Assembly: GCA_903847095.1 (NCBI GenBank)
Contig: CAINCQ010000024.1
Location: forward strand, 126,618 to 190,617
Direction: 5' to 3'
Source: an uncultured bacterium
GTDB taxonomy: Bacteria; Patescibacteriota; Minisyncoccia; Minisyncoccales; UBA5738
DNA length: 64,000 nt
Part shown: positions 1 to 9,724 of the stretch, piece after piece
Position numbering within the stretch: position 1 is the stretch's first letter
Layout of the letters: each line of letters begins with the position of its first letter
The notes under the pieces: model-generated
Database searches by the model: none
The model's input: the letters and a program-made list of their open reading frames with translations, nothing else
Told to the model about the DNA's origin: nothing
Translations under genes and position numbers: made by a program

Positions 1-432
1 TCGATCATCGGGTTGATCGCCGCGACTTTTTATGCCGTAGCCAAACAGGATCAGCACGAAGAAGCCGCTTTGATGGAAAAGTTAAAGCTAAAGGGTTATA
101 TGTGGAAAAGAAAGACCGCCCAAATATTATTTTATCTGGCGGCGATCACGGCGGTATTAATCATAGCTGGGGTAATGAGGTCGGGTATGTACATGAGCGA
201 AGGGTCGCTGATCTTCATGTATTTACCGGTCATTATCGGGCTTTTCGGCTGGCGTGCGGCCAGTGTTCGATATGAAGATATGCCGTTGTTCGCCGAGTTG
301 GAAGCTAAAGGATATTCGACCTGGACGATGCGCAAGATTGGTCAAAGCAAAAAGCTATTCATTGTTTTCTTCTCCCTGCTGTTTTTGGCAATTTCCTGGC
401 TGACGGTAGCTTTGTTGATGCTCACTGTTTAG
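1..432 (+). CDS. Hypothetical multi-pass membrane protein (5-prime partial; frame stays open to the window edge)
   Basis: ORF track 13..432; hydrophobic segments; the frame is open upstream of position 13. Confidence 0.4.
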   Translation, partial: SIIGLIAATFYAVAKQDQHEEAALMEKLKLKGYMWKRKTAQILFYLAAITAVLIIAGVMRSGMYMSEGSLIFMYLPVIIGLFGWRAASVRYEDMPLFAELEAKGYSTWTMRKIGQSKKLFIVFFSLLFLAISWLTVALLMLTV

Positions 433-576
433 GTTTTAAGGCAGGGGAGCGCGTAAAGGATGTCGAATCGCAATTCGGCGTCCTTTTTTGTTTTTTCATT
501 TTACGGCCGGTAGAAAATAAGCTATGAATATGTTAATGATATTGTTCTTTTAAATTAATTAGGACCGGAGGAAGAA

Positions 577-858
577 TTGTTGAAGCTGAATTGTTTTAGC
601 CGAACCAAGCATGATTCCACAGCCTCAATAATAAAGGCTTTGCCGCGCGATATACCCCTTAAAGAGCTGGACATTCTTTATTATGACCGGACGATCAAAC
701 AGAGTAGGCGGTACGTTCTTTTTAGCGGCATGATAAGCATGGGGAAGGACGGTTTGGAAGTATTAGAGCTGGATCAGGGCAAAAAGGTAAGGTGTTTTTT
801 CAGTAGCCTGGATATCAAAAATATGAAGATCGAGGAAGTTTCTTACTTGGAGTCATGA
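577..858 (+). CDS. Hypothetical protein
   Basis: 93-aa ORF followed by a hairpin; no recognisable motif. Confidence 0.3.
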   Translation: MLKLNCFSRTKHDSTASIIKALPRDIPLKELDILYYDRTIKQSRRYVLFSGMISMGKDGLEVLELDQGKKVRCFFSSLDIKNMKIEEVSYLES

Positions 859-952
859 ACCGCTTTTCCCAAAGCGGTTTTTTCTTACTAAGCATGTTTT
901 CTTGCGCAAAAGGCGGAATCAAGATAAATTATGGCAAAGGAGGTCTTTAACA

Positions 953-1264
953 ATGGAGATCAAAGTAGAAAGGGAGAGGGTTTGGAATGGTTTGCGGGCC
1001 GCGGGCTACGCCGAGGGCCCGATTTTTCTCGCGGCCAAGGTTTTTGAGTTGAGCGACGGGGATTTGGATATATTGGTGGGCGATCTTATAAGCAAAGGCA
1101 AGGCTCTCACGCCCCTAGAGGAATGGATCGCGGTTTATGCCAAGCACGCGACTTGGGAAAGGGGCAAAATTGTTGCCCGGAAAAGACAGGCGAAAGAAGA
1201 TCATCCTTACCGCCAGATCACCGCGAGGGAGGCGCGCCGGGCGCGTAGCCAGCGTCCTCGGTAG
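953..1264 (+). CDS. Hypothetical protein
   Basis: ATG at 953 preceded by AAGGAGG (936-942); the track start at 902 lacks an RBS; terminator follows. Confidence 0.4.
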   Translation: MEIKVERERVWNGLRAAGYAEGPIFLAAKVFELSDGDLDILVGDLISKGKALTPLEEWIAVYAKHATWERGKIVARKRQAKEDHPYRQITAREARRARSQRPR

Positions 1265-1289
1265 CATATTTTTTGAAATCACCGATCAA

Positions 1290-1320
1290 AACCCCGTAGA
1301 AAGCGGGGTTTTCTTTTTTT
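1290..1320 (+). terminator. Rho-independent terminator (CCCCG-N-CGGGG hairpin plus T-run)
   Basis: aaccccgtagaaagcggggttttcttttttt. Confidence 0.6.
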
Positions 1321-1389
1321 CTATGTTTTCCTTGACTTTTCCTAATTATAATATATGATATTGGTGAAAACAAAAAAAGGAGAGATACG

Positions 1390-1704
1390 ATGCTGGAAGA
1401 TAATACATCGGATTTGGCGGATACGGATTTAAGGAAGAGTTTGGCAATCCGGATCATAAATGGCGAGATCGTGGAAGTTTTACAGCGGCTTTGCTTAGCG
1501 CCGCTTAGCGAAATCGTTTCGCTGTATTATGCAAGTTTTTTTACGATGGATCTTGCGGAATATTCCGACGAGGATCAGTGGGCGATTCGTAATACCGCTG
1601 ACGAGTTGGATTATTTTGTAGCGATTGAGCTTCGGCGTAAGGCTATCGAGGCCGGAGCTAAAGATAATGCGATGGACTATCTAATCAAAAACCCCGGCAG
1701 ATAA
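1390..1704 (+). CDS. Hypothetical protein
   Basis: 104-aa ORF with upstream AAGGAGAG RBS-like sequence and a downstream terminator. Confidence 0.4.
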   Translation: MLEDNTSDLADTDLRKSLAIRIINGEIVEVLQRLCLAPLSEIVSLYYASFFTMDLAEYSDEDQWAIRNTADELDYFVAIELRRKAIEAGAKDNAMDYLIKNPGR

Positions 1705-1722
1705 GCGGGGTTTTCTTTTTGA
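1688..1722 (+). terminator. Rho-independent terminator
   Basis: aaaaaccccggcagataagcggggttttctttttg. Confidence 0.6.
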
Positions 1723-1734
1723 TAAAAATAATTA

Positions 1735-2082
1735 CTATCCTTTCGCTTTTTCGACGATTTTTACGAACACTTCCGGATAGAGAGTCGTAAGTTCGGAAAG
1801 GATCTTCCTATCGATGATGATATTGTTCTTTTTCAGGGATCCCATCAAGCGGCTGTAAGACATGCCGTTTTGGCGGCTCAAGGCGTTGATGTGGATGCTC
1901 CACAAGGCGCGATTGTTCCGTTTTTTGGTTTTCCGGTCCCGGAAAGCGTAAGACCAGGCTTTATAAACGCCTTGTTTGGCCGCGGCCAATTTTGACTTCC
2001 GGCCCCAGCGGAAACCTTTCGCATATTCGATAAGATGTTTTCTTTTCTTGTGATGGATTGTGCCTCTTTTTACGCGTGTCAT
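1735..2082 (-). CDS. rplT: 50S ribosomal protein L20
   Basis: MTRVKRG...HKKRKH...AKGFRWGRK... is the typical L20 N-terminus; about 115 aa; downstream of rpmI and infC. Confidence 0.9.
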   Translation of the reverse strand: MTRVKRGTIHHKKRKHLIEYAKGFRWGRKSKLAAAKQGVYKAWSYAFRDRKTKKRNNRALWSIHINALSRQNGMSYSRLMGSLKKNNIIIDRKILSELTTLYPEVFVKIVEKAKG

Positions 2083-2177
2083 ATTAATAAATAAAGTTTA
2101 TTAAGCCTTTTAAGCGCCTTATGTTAGGTATTGCTCAAAAGACTTAACCGGCTTATTAAGCTTAACCGGCCGATTTG

Positions 2178-2363
2178 TTACTTGATGATCAGCTTCTTGA
2201 TCTTTTTGGCTTCCGATTTGTTGACCAAAACCCATTTGCGTCCCTTTCTTATCCTATTTCCGGATTTTTTGACGCGGTAATGGTTAGCGCCCGAAAGTCT
2301 CCTTAAAAGTTTACCGGTCTTGGTCAATTTGAACCGTTTGGTGATCGATTTTCTTGTTTTCAT
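2178..2363 (-). CDS. rpmI: 50S ribosomal protein L35
   Basis: MKTRKSITKRFKLTKTGK... is L35-like; lysine/arginine-rich, 61 aa from the internal Met; the track start at 2390 would overlap infC. Confidence 0.8.
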   Translation of the reverse strand: MKTRKSITKRFKLTKTGKLLRRLSGANHYRVKKSGNRIRKGRKWVLVNKSEAKKIKKLIIK

Positions 2364-2370
2364 GATTTTA

Positions 2371-2877
2371 TTAGGCTTGCTTTGAAACAATCATTGTGAA
2401 GCCGTGTTGCTCTCTTTTTAATTCCTTATCGATCTTGCAGGGGATAAGTTTTCCCAACATTTCGAGGAATTGGCTTACTTTTTCCTTCGATATATTTCCA
2501 AAGGCTTTTTCCCGGCCCCTTAAACGCAACTCGATCTTTACTTTATCGCCTTTCTTCAGGAATTTTTCCGCCTGCGTAGCCCTCATTTCCATGTCGTGCG
2601 GGGAAATATTGTAGCTTAACCTTATTCCTTTGACCTCGCTTGTTTTTTTCGGGCTTTTATCTTTTTTTTGCAAAGCGTAAAGGTACTTTCCGTATTCCGT
2701 GATCTTTACGACCGGCGGAACGGTTTTTTCCGTGACCTGGACAAGGTCCAGGTTTTTCGCCCAAGCGGCTTCCAGGGCTTCTTTCAGTGTAATGACCCCA
2801 ATTTGGTGGTCGTTCTCATCGATCAATCTTACCTGCGAAGCTCTTATTTGGTTGTTTACTAATGGTTTTTTGAACAC
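2371..2877 (-). CDS. infC: Translation initiation factor IF-3
   Basis: N- and C-domain motifs (IRASQVRLIDENDHQIGVITLKEALEAA...DLV; C-terminal KIELRLRGRE...); canonical infC-rpmI-rplT order. Confidence 0.9.
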   Translation of the reverse strand: MFKKPLVNNQIRASQVRLIDENDHQIGVITLKEALEAAWAKNLDLVQVTEKTVPPVVKITEYGKYLYALQKKDKSPKKTSEVKGIRLSYNISPHDMEMRATQAEKFLKKGDKVKIELRLRGREKAFGNISKEKVSQFLEMLGKLIPCKIDKELKREQHGFTMIVSKQA

Positions 2878-2967
2878 TCTTTAAATCGGTTAATTAATTT
2901 TTGTTAAGTCGGTTAAGGTTTTTAAGTAAAATACTCGATTCTCTTAAAAAACTTAAAAGACCATTGC

Positions 2968-3328
2968 TGTGGAGAAGACGGGACTTGAACCCGTATCTGG
3001 AAAACGAACGGCTGAAAAAGGTGATACAAGCTTAGTCCGATTTGATAGGGATCATAAGATAGAAACCGGACAAAATTCTTATGAGCCTAGCCCCTGAATT
3101 TCGGCTGGTTTGCCGGAGCCAAAACTTACAGCCTATCTCCCGTGAATTATACCCGAAAAGCTTAAGAGAGATTCAGCCGACCGGATAGCATTATACTAAC
3201 GGTTAAGCGAAAGCTAATGCGGGTTGTTCAAATAAGTTATTGACACTTATAGGTTTGCCGGTTTTTACAAGATCCAGCTACTTGGCTTGTCTGTTTCAGG
3301 TCGTAATCCATCGAATCCTTTCATCCCC
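2968..3328 (-). ncRNA. ssrA: tmRNA (SsrA)
   Basis: minus-strand 5-prime end GGGGAUGAAAGGAUUCGAUGG matches the tmRNA consensus; 3-prime tRNA-like end CGGGUUCAAGUCCCGUCUUCUCCA with a G3:U acceptor pair; internal tag frame ...NNLFEQPALAFA-UAA; immediately downstream of smpB. Confidence 0.85.
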
Positions 3329-3419
3329 ATAAAAACAACCGATACGGCTTATTAAGTTTGTTGAGCCGATTAAGCCTTTTAAGCAAAAACGCTTAAAAAA
3401 CCTAAAGGATTTAACACGC

Positions 3420-3881
3420 TTAATACGTTTTTAGCGTGCGCTGGATTTCCCGCAGGGTTTCGCGTTTTTTTATCGATTCGCGCTTGTCGTACTTCTTTTT
3501 TCCGCGCGCTACGCCAAACTCAAGCTTGATCTTTCCAGAGCCGTCATCACGTCCTTTAGTATATAACTTAAGAGGCACAAAAGTCAAGCCTCTTTCGCTT
3601 GTTTTGCCGATAAGGTAGTCGATTTCCTTCTTTTTAAGCAGGAGTTTGCGCGTTCTCTCCGGGTCGTATGACAGGGAAACGTTGTTTGGCTGGTAGGGCG
3701 GGATTTTGACGCCGATCCAAAAAATTCCATCGGTTTTAGCCAAAACATAAGAGCCCGCGAGACTGATGCCTCTCGTTTTCAACGACTTTACCTCCTGTCC
3801 CGAAAGTATTATTCCAGCTTCGAATTTTTCGCCGATTTCATAGTTGAACCGGGCTTTTTTGTTTTCCGCCAATAATTTCAT
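3420..3881 (-). CDS. smpB: SsrA-binding protein SmpB
   Basis: MKLLAENKKARFNYEI...GQEVKSLK...GISLAGSYV... are typical SmpB motifs; adjacent to tmRNA. Confidence 0.9.
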   Translation of the reverse strand: MKLLAENKKARFNYEIGEKFEAGIILSGQEVKSLKTRGISLAGSYVLAKTDGIFWIGVKIPPYQPNNVSLSYDPERTRKLLLKKKEIDYLIGKTSERGLTFVPLKLYTKGRDDGSGKIKLEFGVARGKKKYDKRESIKKRETLREIQRTLKTY

Positions 3882-3963
3882 CCGTTTTTCGTTCTTTTAT
3901 TTTAGCAGAGTTTGGGCTAAACTGATAAAAAAGAACGGGTTCATATAACACATCATAAAAGAA

Positions 3964-5571
3964 ATGATTCGTCAAGAAATAAAGACAGCGGTTTTTAACG
4001 CGGTTCAGTCTCTGGCTCGTGATAAATCGATATCGGTAGACGGTTTTGACCTAAGGGTTGACGCGATAGCCATGGATTTTTCGAAAGATCGCAGTCATGG
4101 AGATTACGCTTCCAATGTTGCTTTGCAGATCGCCAAAGCGACCGGTAAGAATCCGAAAGATCTCGCGGGACTGGTCAAGATGAGGATCGAGGATAGTGTC
4201 GGCAAGGGCTTTTTTGAAAAGATCGAGGTTGCGGGTCCCGGTTTCATCAATTTTTACGTGTCAAACAAATATTTTCAAAAGGAAGTTTCCCGGATCTTAA
4301 AAGAAAAAGAAAAGTTCGGTTCTTTGGATATCGGGCGAAAAAGGAAAACGCAGGTTGAGTTCATCTCGGCCAATCCTTCGGGCCAGTTGCATATCGGACA
4401 TGGCCGGGGCGCTTTTTTTGGCGATGTTTTGGCGCGAATACTGGCCAAAGCCGGGTATAAGACCGAAAAAGAATTCTATGTCAACGATGCCCGGGTTTCC
4501 AATCAGATCCAGGAATTAGGTAAAACGGCGATGGGCCGCGGCGAGACCTACCTTTCTCCGTATTTGAAAAACTTGATCGAAAAATTGGCGCCCCGGCTTT
4601 CGGGTATGGTTTCGGAAACCGAAGCCGGTTATTACTTGGCCCAAGCGGTGTTAAAGGATCTGAAGGCGTTCATTACGGATAAACTCGGCATTAAGTTCGA
4701 TTATTGGATATCCGAAGAAAGCCTGTATAAAGAAAGCCTGGTCATAGCCACTTACGACATTCTCAAGAAGAAAAATCTGGTTTTCGAAAAAGACGATGCC
4801 TATTGGCTTCGATTGTCGGATTTTGGCGAAAAAGACGAGGTTTTACTGCGGAAGAACGGAAGTCCGACTTATTTTCTTTCGGATATCGCTTATCACCGCT
4901 ACAAGATCGAACGGGGCTACCAAAAGATCATCGATGTCTGGGGGGCTGACCACCAAGGGCACATTCCCCGCATGAAGACAGTGATGCAGATTCTAAGTTA
5001 TAAAGGAGAATACCAGGTTTTAATTTCGCAATTGGTGCGTCTTAAAGGAGGCAAGATGTCGAAGAGGGAAGGCAATATTGTTACTTTGGAGTCATTGATC
5101 GATGAAGTCGGGTTGGATGCCGGCAGGTTTTTTTACTTGGTTAAATCGCTGGACACGCAGATGGAATTCGATGTGGATCTGGCCAAGGAAAAAAGCGAGA
5201 AGAGTCCGGTTTTTTACGCCCAATACGCTTATGCCCGGATATCAAGTATTTTAAGAAAGGCCAAAGGCAATACCCTCGATTCCCGTTCGGTATTGGGATC
5301 ATTGGTTTATTCAAGCGAGATCGAGCTTATCAAAGAGCTTTTACGCCTTCAGGAAGTGGTTGAAGATACGGCCGCCGATTGCCAGGTGCAGCGTCTGTTC
5401 CAGTATTCCCTGGACGTGGCCACCAGTTTTCATAAGTTCTACGGCGAATGCCGGGTAATCTCCGAAGATAAAAAACTGACTGCTGCTCGGTTGCAACTGG
5501 TAAGAGCGACTAAAATCGTTTTGAAAAATACTTTTGACCTGATGGGTATTTCCGCCCCGGAAAAGATGTAA
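3964..5571 (+). CDS. argS: Arginine--tRNA ligase
   Basis: class I HIGH (SANPSGQLHIGHGRGA) and KMSK (GGKMSKREGN); 535 aa. Confidence 0.9.
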   Translation: MIRQEIKTAVFNAVQSLARDKSISVDGFDLRVDAIAMDFSKDRSHGDYASNVALQIAKATGKNPKDLAGLVKMRIEDSVGKGFFEKIEVAGPGFINFYVSNKYFQKEVSRILKEKEKFGSLDIGRKRKTQVEFISANPSGQLHIGHGRGAFFGDVLARILAKAGYKTEKEFYVNDARVSNQIQELGKTAMGRGETYLSPYLKNLIEKLAPRLSGMVSETEAGYYLAQAVLKDLKAFITDKLGIKFDYWISEESLYKESLVIATYDILKKKNLVFEKDDAYWLRLSDFGEKDEVLLRKNGSPTYFLSDIAYHRYKIERGYQKIIDVWGADHQGHIPRMKTVMQILSYKGEYQVLISQLVRLKGGKMSKREGNIVTLESLIDEVGLDAGRFFYLVKSLDTQMEFDVDLAKEKSEKSPVFYAQYAYARISSILRKAKGNTLDSRSVLGSLVYSSEIELIKELLRLQEVVEDTAADCQVQRLFQYSLDVATSFHKFYGECRVISEDKKLTAARLQLVRATKIVLKNTFDLMGISAPEKM

Positions 5572-5587
5572 TTTTTTGCGGACCGCG

Positions 5588-5908
5588 CTAAATCCGAGAA
5601 TAAAAGGCTAAAGAATAAAAAGCTCGGAGATATTTCTCCGGCTGTTGGACTATGCTTACAATATTCGCGAGCCCCGGTTTTTGGCCGTTGGGCTCAAGAA
5701 AATAAGTCGCTTTTTCTGTTTTCACCAACACCAGATTTCCGTCTGGCCTGGCGTCGAAGTTATGGGTAGCCAGGACGAACGCGAGATCCGGAGCGTCTAT
5801 AAGGCGGTCTTCATGACCTGCCAAATAGAGTATGAGTTCGTTGTCGGTACAAGCGGCGGTAGTTGACACCAAGATCAAAACCGCCATAATTACCCGTATT
5901 AAATCCAT
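5588..5908 (-). CDS. Hypothetical secreted protein or lipoprotein
   Basis: N-terminal signal-like MDLIRVIMAVLILVSTTAAC (lipobox-like); start taken at the internal Met. Confidence 0.35.
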   Translation of the reverse strand: MDLIRVIMAVLILVSTTAACTDNELILYLAGHEDRLIDAPDLAFVLATHNFDARPDGNLVLVKTEKATYFLEPNGQKPGLANIVSIVQQPEKYLRAFYSLAFYSRI

Positions 5909-6181
5909 TGTCGTGCCTCGCTGTATTCTTATATTATATAATATATTATTGTCAATAGGTAGAGTATCGGATTGTCCCAATAAGGCGAAGCAAAAAACTT
6001 AGTTTTTTTGTGTAACGCGGCTATTGCGGAGACATCCTGACCATGCGTGTTTTCAAGACCGGCTTCTTCCACGCCCGGTTTGCTATATTGCCAGAAAGTT
6101 CCCACCGGAGTTTTTTTTCTTAGCCGGATCTGCTAAAATTTAAATATTAGTAAGCCAAACCAACATTTGGTATTTTAACTT

Positions 6182-9100
6182 ATGGAAAGCAATTTCAACC
6201 AAAAAGAAAAAGAAATTATTGCTTTTTGGAATCAAAACAAGATTTTCGAAAGATCGGTCGCGGCCCGGGCGCGCGCCAAGGATTTTGTTTTTTTTGAAGG
6301 GCCGCCCACTGCCAATGCCAAACCCGGATTCCACCATGTCCTAACGCGGATCTTCAAGGACATTATTTGCCGTTACAAAACAATGGAGGGTTTTCGGGTC
6401 ATCCGCCGCGCCGGATGGGACACTCACGGTTTACCCGTGGAACTTCAGGTTGAAAAAAAACTGGGATTCACGCAGAAAAAAGATATTGAAAAATACGGAA
6501 TAGCCGAATTCAACAAAAAGTGCAAAGAATCGGTTTGGGAATACAAAAAAGATTTTGAGGCCCTCACCGAGCGCGTCGGTTTTTGGGTGGACATGTCCGA
6601 TCCTTACATTACATATGATCGCCGCTACATGGAATCGGTCTGGTTCCTTTTGAAAACGGCTTGGGACAAAAAGCTTCTTTTTCAGGATTACAAGGTGGTG
6701 CCTTATTGTCCGCGTTGCGGAACTCCTTTGTCGAGCCATGAGGTGGCGCAGGGATACAAGTTGGTGAAGGAGCCTTCGATCTTCGTAAAATTCCGGATCA
6801 TTAATTCCGAATATAAAAACTGTTCCTTGTTGATTTGGACCACGACGCCTTGGACCTTGCCGGGTAATGTGGCTGTGGCCGTGAATGAAAAATTCCAGTA
6901 CGTGAAAGTACGGCTGAACAGCCAACCGGACGAGATTTTAATCTTGGCCAAGGAACGGTTGGCGGTACTGGGTTCCGAATATGAAGTCTTGGCCGAATTC
7001 CCGGGAAAGGACTTGGCTGGCTTGCGATACGAACCGATTTTTCCCTTTTCGGAAGAAGCCGGCCAGAATGCTTATAAAGTGATCATGGCGGATTTCGTTT
7101 CTTTGCAGGATGGTTCCGGTTTGGTCCATATCGCGCCGGCCTTCGGCGAAGACGATATGAATGTTATTAAAGATCAAAACAAGGTCTTAAAGCAGAAGGG
7201 CGAACCGGAATTCCCGGTGATTATGACCGTCAACGAAGATGGAAAATTCAGTCTCGATACCAAGCAATGGGCGGGGCTGTTCGTCAAGGCGGCCGACCCG
7301 CTGATCATCGAAGACCTTAAAAAACGCAATCTGCTTTTCAAGGTAGAACTTTACGAGCATGACTATCCTTTCTGCTGGCGTTGTAAGACGCCCTTGATCT
7401 ATTACGCCAAAAAAAGCTGGTTCATCGAAATGTCAAAATTACGCGGCGAACTGATTGCCAATAACAAATTGATTAACTGGGTTCCGGCCTATATCAAAGA
7501 TGGCCGTTTTGGGGAATGGCTTAAGGAGGCCAAGGATTGGGCGATCTCCCGCGAACGATATTGGGGAACGCCCTTGCCGATCTGGCAATGTTTGAGTTGC
7601 GGCCAAAATACGGTGATCGGTTCGGTTGGCGATCTTTTGTCCCAGAAATATTCGACCAATCGTTATTTTCTTTTCCGGCACGGAGATTCCGAGCGACAGC
7701 TTAAAAAAATATCCAGTTGCTGGCCGGAGGTTAAGCCTCTTTCTTTAACGGCCGAGGGGAAGGCCGAGGTTCAAAAAAGAGCCCAAAAACTCTCTAAGGA
7801 AAAGATTGACTTGATTATATCCTCCGATCTTGAACGGACCAAGCAGACGGCCCAAATGATCGCGTCAGAAACGGGTGCTAAGGTTATTTACGATAAACGG
7901 TTAAGGGAATTCAATGTCGGGGTTTTCAACGGAAAGGACCCCAAGACGGTTTGGGATTTTTTGAACAGTCAGGAGAAGCCTTTGGAAACGAACGTGCCTA
8001 AGGGTGAAAGCTTGAATGCTATCAGAAAAAGGGTTTATGATCTCATAAACTCTGTGAACGCAAAATATCATGATCAGAATATCGTCTTTGTTTCCCATGA
8101 AATCCCGCTCACAGTTCTTCAAGGGACATTAAACGGCCTTGACCTTAAAGAAATCGTTGAATCAAGATATTTAAAGCCCAAAGCCAAGATCGCGACCGCC
8201 GAGTGGCGCGAGATTGAATTCCGCAAGCTGCCGTTCAACGAAAACATGGAGATCGATCTGCACCGTCCTTATGTGGACGGAGTGGATTTTGCGTGTCCCA
8301 AGTGTTCGGGTACGGCTAAGAAGATTCCTGACGTGGTGGATGTCTGGTTTGATTCCGGGGCAATGCCTTTTGCCCAGGCTCATTGGCCTTGGCTTACCGG
8401 ATCCTCCGGCGCGGGCGGTCCTTTCGAAGATTCCAAAGCGGGGTCAAAAAGCGGAAAATTAAAACCTCCCGCGCATTTTCCGGCTGATTTCATATCGGAA
8501 GCGATTGACCAGACCCGCGGCTGGTTTTACACTCTGCTGGCGATTTCCACGTTTTTGGGGTTTGGCGCTCCCTACAAGAACGTCATTTCGCTTGGGCACG
8601 TGCTTGACGCCAAAGGCGAGAAGATGTCCAAGTCAAAAGGCAATATCGTCGATCTTTGGCAGTTGACCGAAAAATACAGCGCCGATGCCATCAGATGGTA
8701 TTTTTACACGGTGAACAATCCCGGCGAATACAAACTTTTTGCCGAAAGAGATATTGACCAGGCGATGAAAAAGTTCATTCTGACCGTTTTTAACTGCCGC
8801 GTTTTTTTAGAGACTTACGCCCCGGGGGTCAAGGCGCCTAAAATCGTGATACCCAGACATGTGCTTGACCGTTGGATCGTGTCGCGGCTTGCCCAAGTGG
8901 CCGGGGAGGTTAAACAGCTTTTGGATACTTACGATATCACGACCGCCGCTCGGAAGCTTGATGATTTTGCCGTCAAAGACTTGTCTCTTTGGTATGTTCG
9001 CCGCTCCCGGCGCCGCTTGCAGCAACCAAAGGTTGCCATGGAGCTCCGCCAGGCTTCCCAGGTATTCGCTTATGTTTTGATGGAATTCGCGAAGATCGCG

Positions 9101-9724
9101 GCTCCCTTCGTTCCTTTTTTGAGCGAGGATGTTTACCAGAGTCTGAGCGCCAACTTTTACCAAAAACCAAAATCCGTGCATTTGGAACTTTGGCCGGTTT
9201 TTCCCAAGGGATCGATTGACCGCGCTCTAAGTGCCGATATGGAAAAAGTGCGGCAAATTGTGACCAACGCGTTGGCTGATCGGGCTAAGCACGGCGTAAA
9301 GATCCGTCAACCTTTGGCCAAAATCACAATTGCCTTGAAAAAAAAGCTGAGTGAAGAACTGTGTTTTTTGCTCAAAGAAGAGCTGAACGTGAAAGTCGTG
9401 GCTTTTGGCCCGGTAGCTCTTGGGGAAATGGAATTGGACTACGTTCTGACGCCGGAGTTGAAGGAAGAAGGGATGGTGCGCGAGATTTTGCGCCATTTGC
9501 AGGATGCCCGAAAAATTGCCGGTTATACCCCGAGGGATCTGATCAATATTTATCTCGAAACATCCGTTGAGTTGCAGGCGATTGTCGTAAAAAACCAAAA
9601 ACAGATCACATCGGATACCAAAACCAAGAATATTTTTTTCAAAGCCCCTCCCAAAGGAGCGGTTGTCGACAAGTTCAAGATGGAGCTCGGCGAATTATCG
9701 CTGGCGATCAAAAAAACCAAGTGA
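6182..9724 (+). CDS. ileS: Isoleucine--tRNA ligase carrying an inserted histidine-phosphatase (PGAM/SixA-like) domain
   Basis: PTANAKPGFHHV (HIGH-like), KMSKSKGN and a Zn-ribbon CPKCSG; 1180 aa is about 130-250 aa longer than typical IleRS; residues encoded by about 7646-8230 carry RHG, SDLERTKQTA, PKGES and VSHE motifs. Confidence 0.85.
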   Translation: MESNFNQKEKEIIAFWNQNKIFERSVAARARAKDFVFFEGPPTANAKPGFHHVLTRIFKDIICRYKTMEGFRVIRRAGWDTHGLPVELQVEKKLGFTQKKDIEKYGIAEFNKKCKESVWEYKKDFEALTERVGFWVDMSDPYITYDRRYMESVWFLLKTAWDKKLLFQDYKVVPYCPRCGTPLSSHEVAQGYKLVKEPSIFVKFRIINSEYKNCSLLIWTTTPWTLPGNVAVAVNEKFQYVKVRLNSQPDEILILAKERLAVLGSEYEVLAEFPGKDLAGLRYEPIFPFSEEAGQNAYKVIMADFVSLQDGSGLVHIAPAFGEDDMNVIKDQNKVLKQKGEPEFPVIMTVNEDGKFSLDTKQWAGLFVKAADPLIIEDLKKRNLLFKVELYEHDYPFCWRCKTPLIYYAKKSWFIEMSKLRGELIANNKLINWVPAYIKDGRFGEWLKEAKDWAISRERYWGTPLPIWQCLSCGQNTVIGSVGDLLSQKYSTNRYFLFRHGDSERQLKKISSCWPEVKPLSLTAEGKAEVQKRAQKLSKEKIDLIISSDLERTKQTAQMIASETGAKVIYDKRLREFNVGVFNGKDPKTVWDFLNSQEKPLETNVPKGESLNAIRKRVYDLINSVNAKYHDQNIVFVSHEIPLTVLQGTLNGLDLKEIVESRYLKPKAKIATAEWREIEFRKLPFNENMEIDLHRPYVDGVDFACPKCSGTAKKIPDVVDVWFDSGAMPFAQAHWPWLTGSSGAGGPFEDSKAGSKSGKLKPPAHFPADFISEAIDQTRGWFYTLLAISTFLGFGAPYKNVISLGHVLDAKGEKMSKSKGNIVDLWQLTEKYSADAIRWYFYTVNNPGEYKLFAERDIDQAMKKFILTVFNCRVFLETYAPGVKAPKIVIPRHVLDRWIVSRLAQVAGEVKQLLDTYDITTAARKLDDFAVKDLSLWYVRRSRRRLQQPKVAMELRQASQVFAYVLMEFAKIAAPFVPFLSEDVYQSLSANFYQKPKSVHLELWPVFPKGSIDRALSADMEKVRQIVTNALADRAKHGVKIRQPLAKITIALKKKLSEELCFLLKEELNVKVVAFGPVALGEMELDYVLTPELKEEGMVREILRHLQDARKIAGYTPRDLINIYLETSVELQAIVVKNQKQITSDTKTKNIFFKAPPKGAVVDKFKMELGELSLAIKKTK

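Noticed and set aside
902-952. ORF start at 902 for the 120-aa hypothetical
   Set aside because: The ATG at 953 is preceded by AAGGAGG at optimal spacing; the upstream start has no RBS.
5981-6181. Possible T-box leader upstream of ileS
   Set aside because: No match to the T-box consensus (AGGGUGGNACCGCG) on either strand. Only a hairpin plus T-run (gttcccaccggagttttttttc) resembling a simple attenuator or terminator is present.
7646-8230. Intein in IleRS
   Set aside because: The insertion lacks intein splice-junction residues (N-terminal Cys/Ser and C-terminal HN-Cys/Ser/Thr) and instead carries a complete histidine-phosphatase motif set.
6431-9598. Multiple antisense or alternative-frame ORFs inside ileS
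   Set aside because: They are embedded in a conserved 1180-aa aaRS reading frame and are typical GC-frame artefacts.
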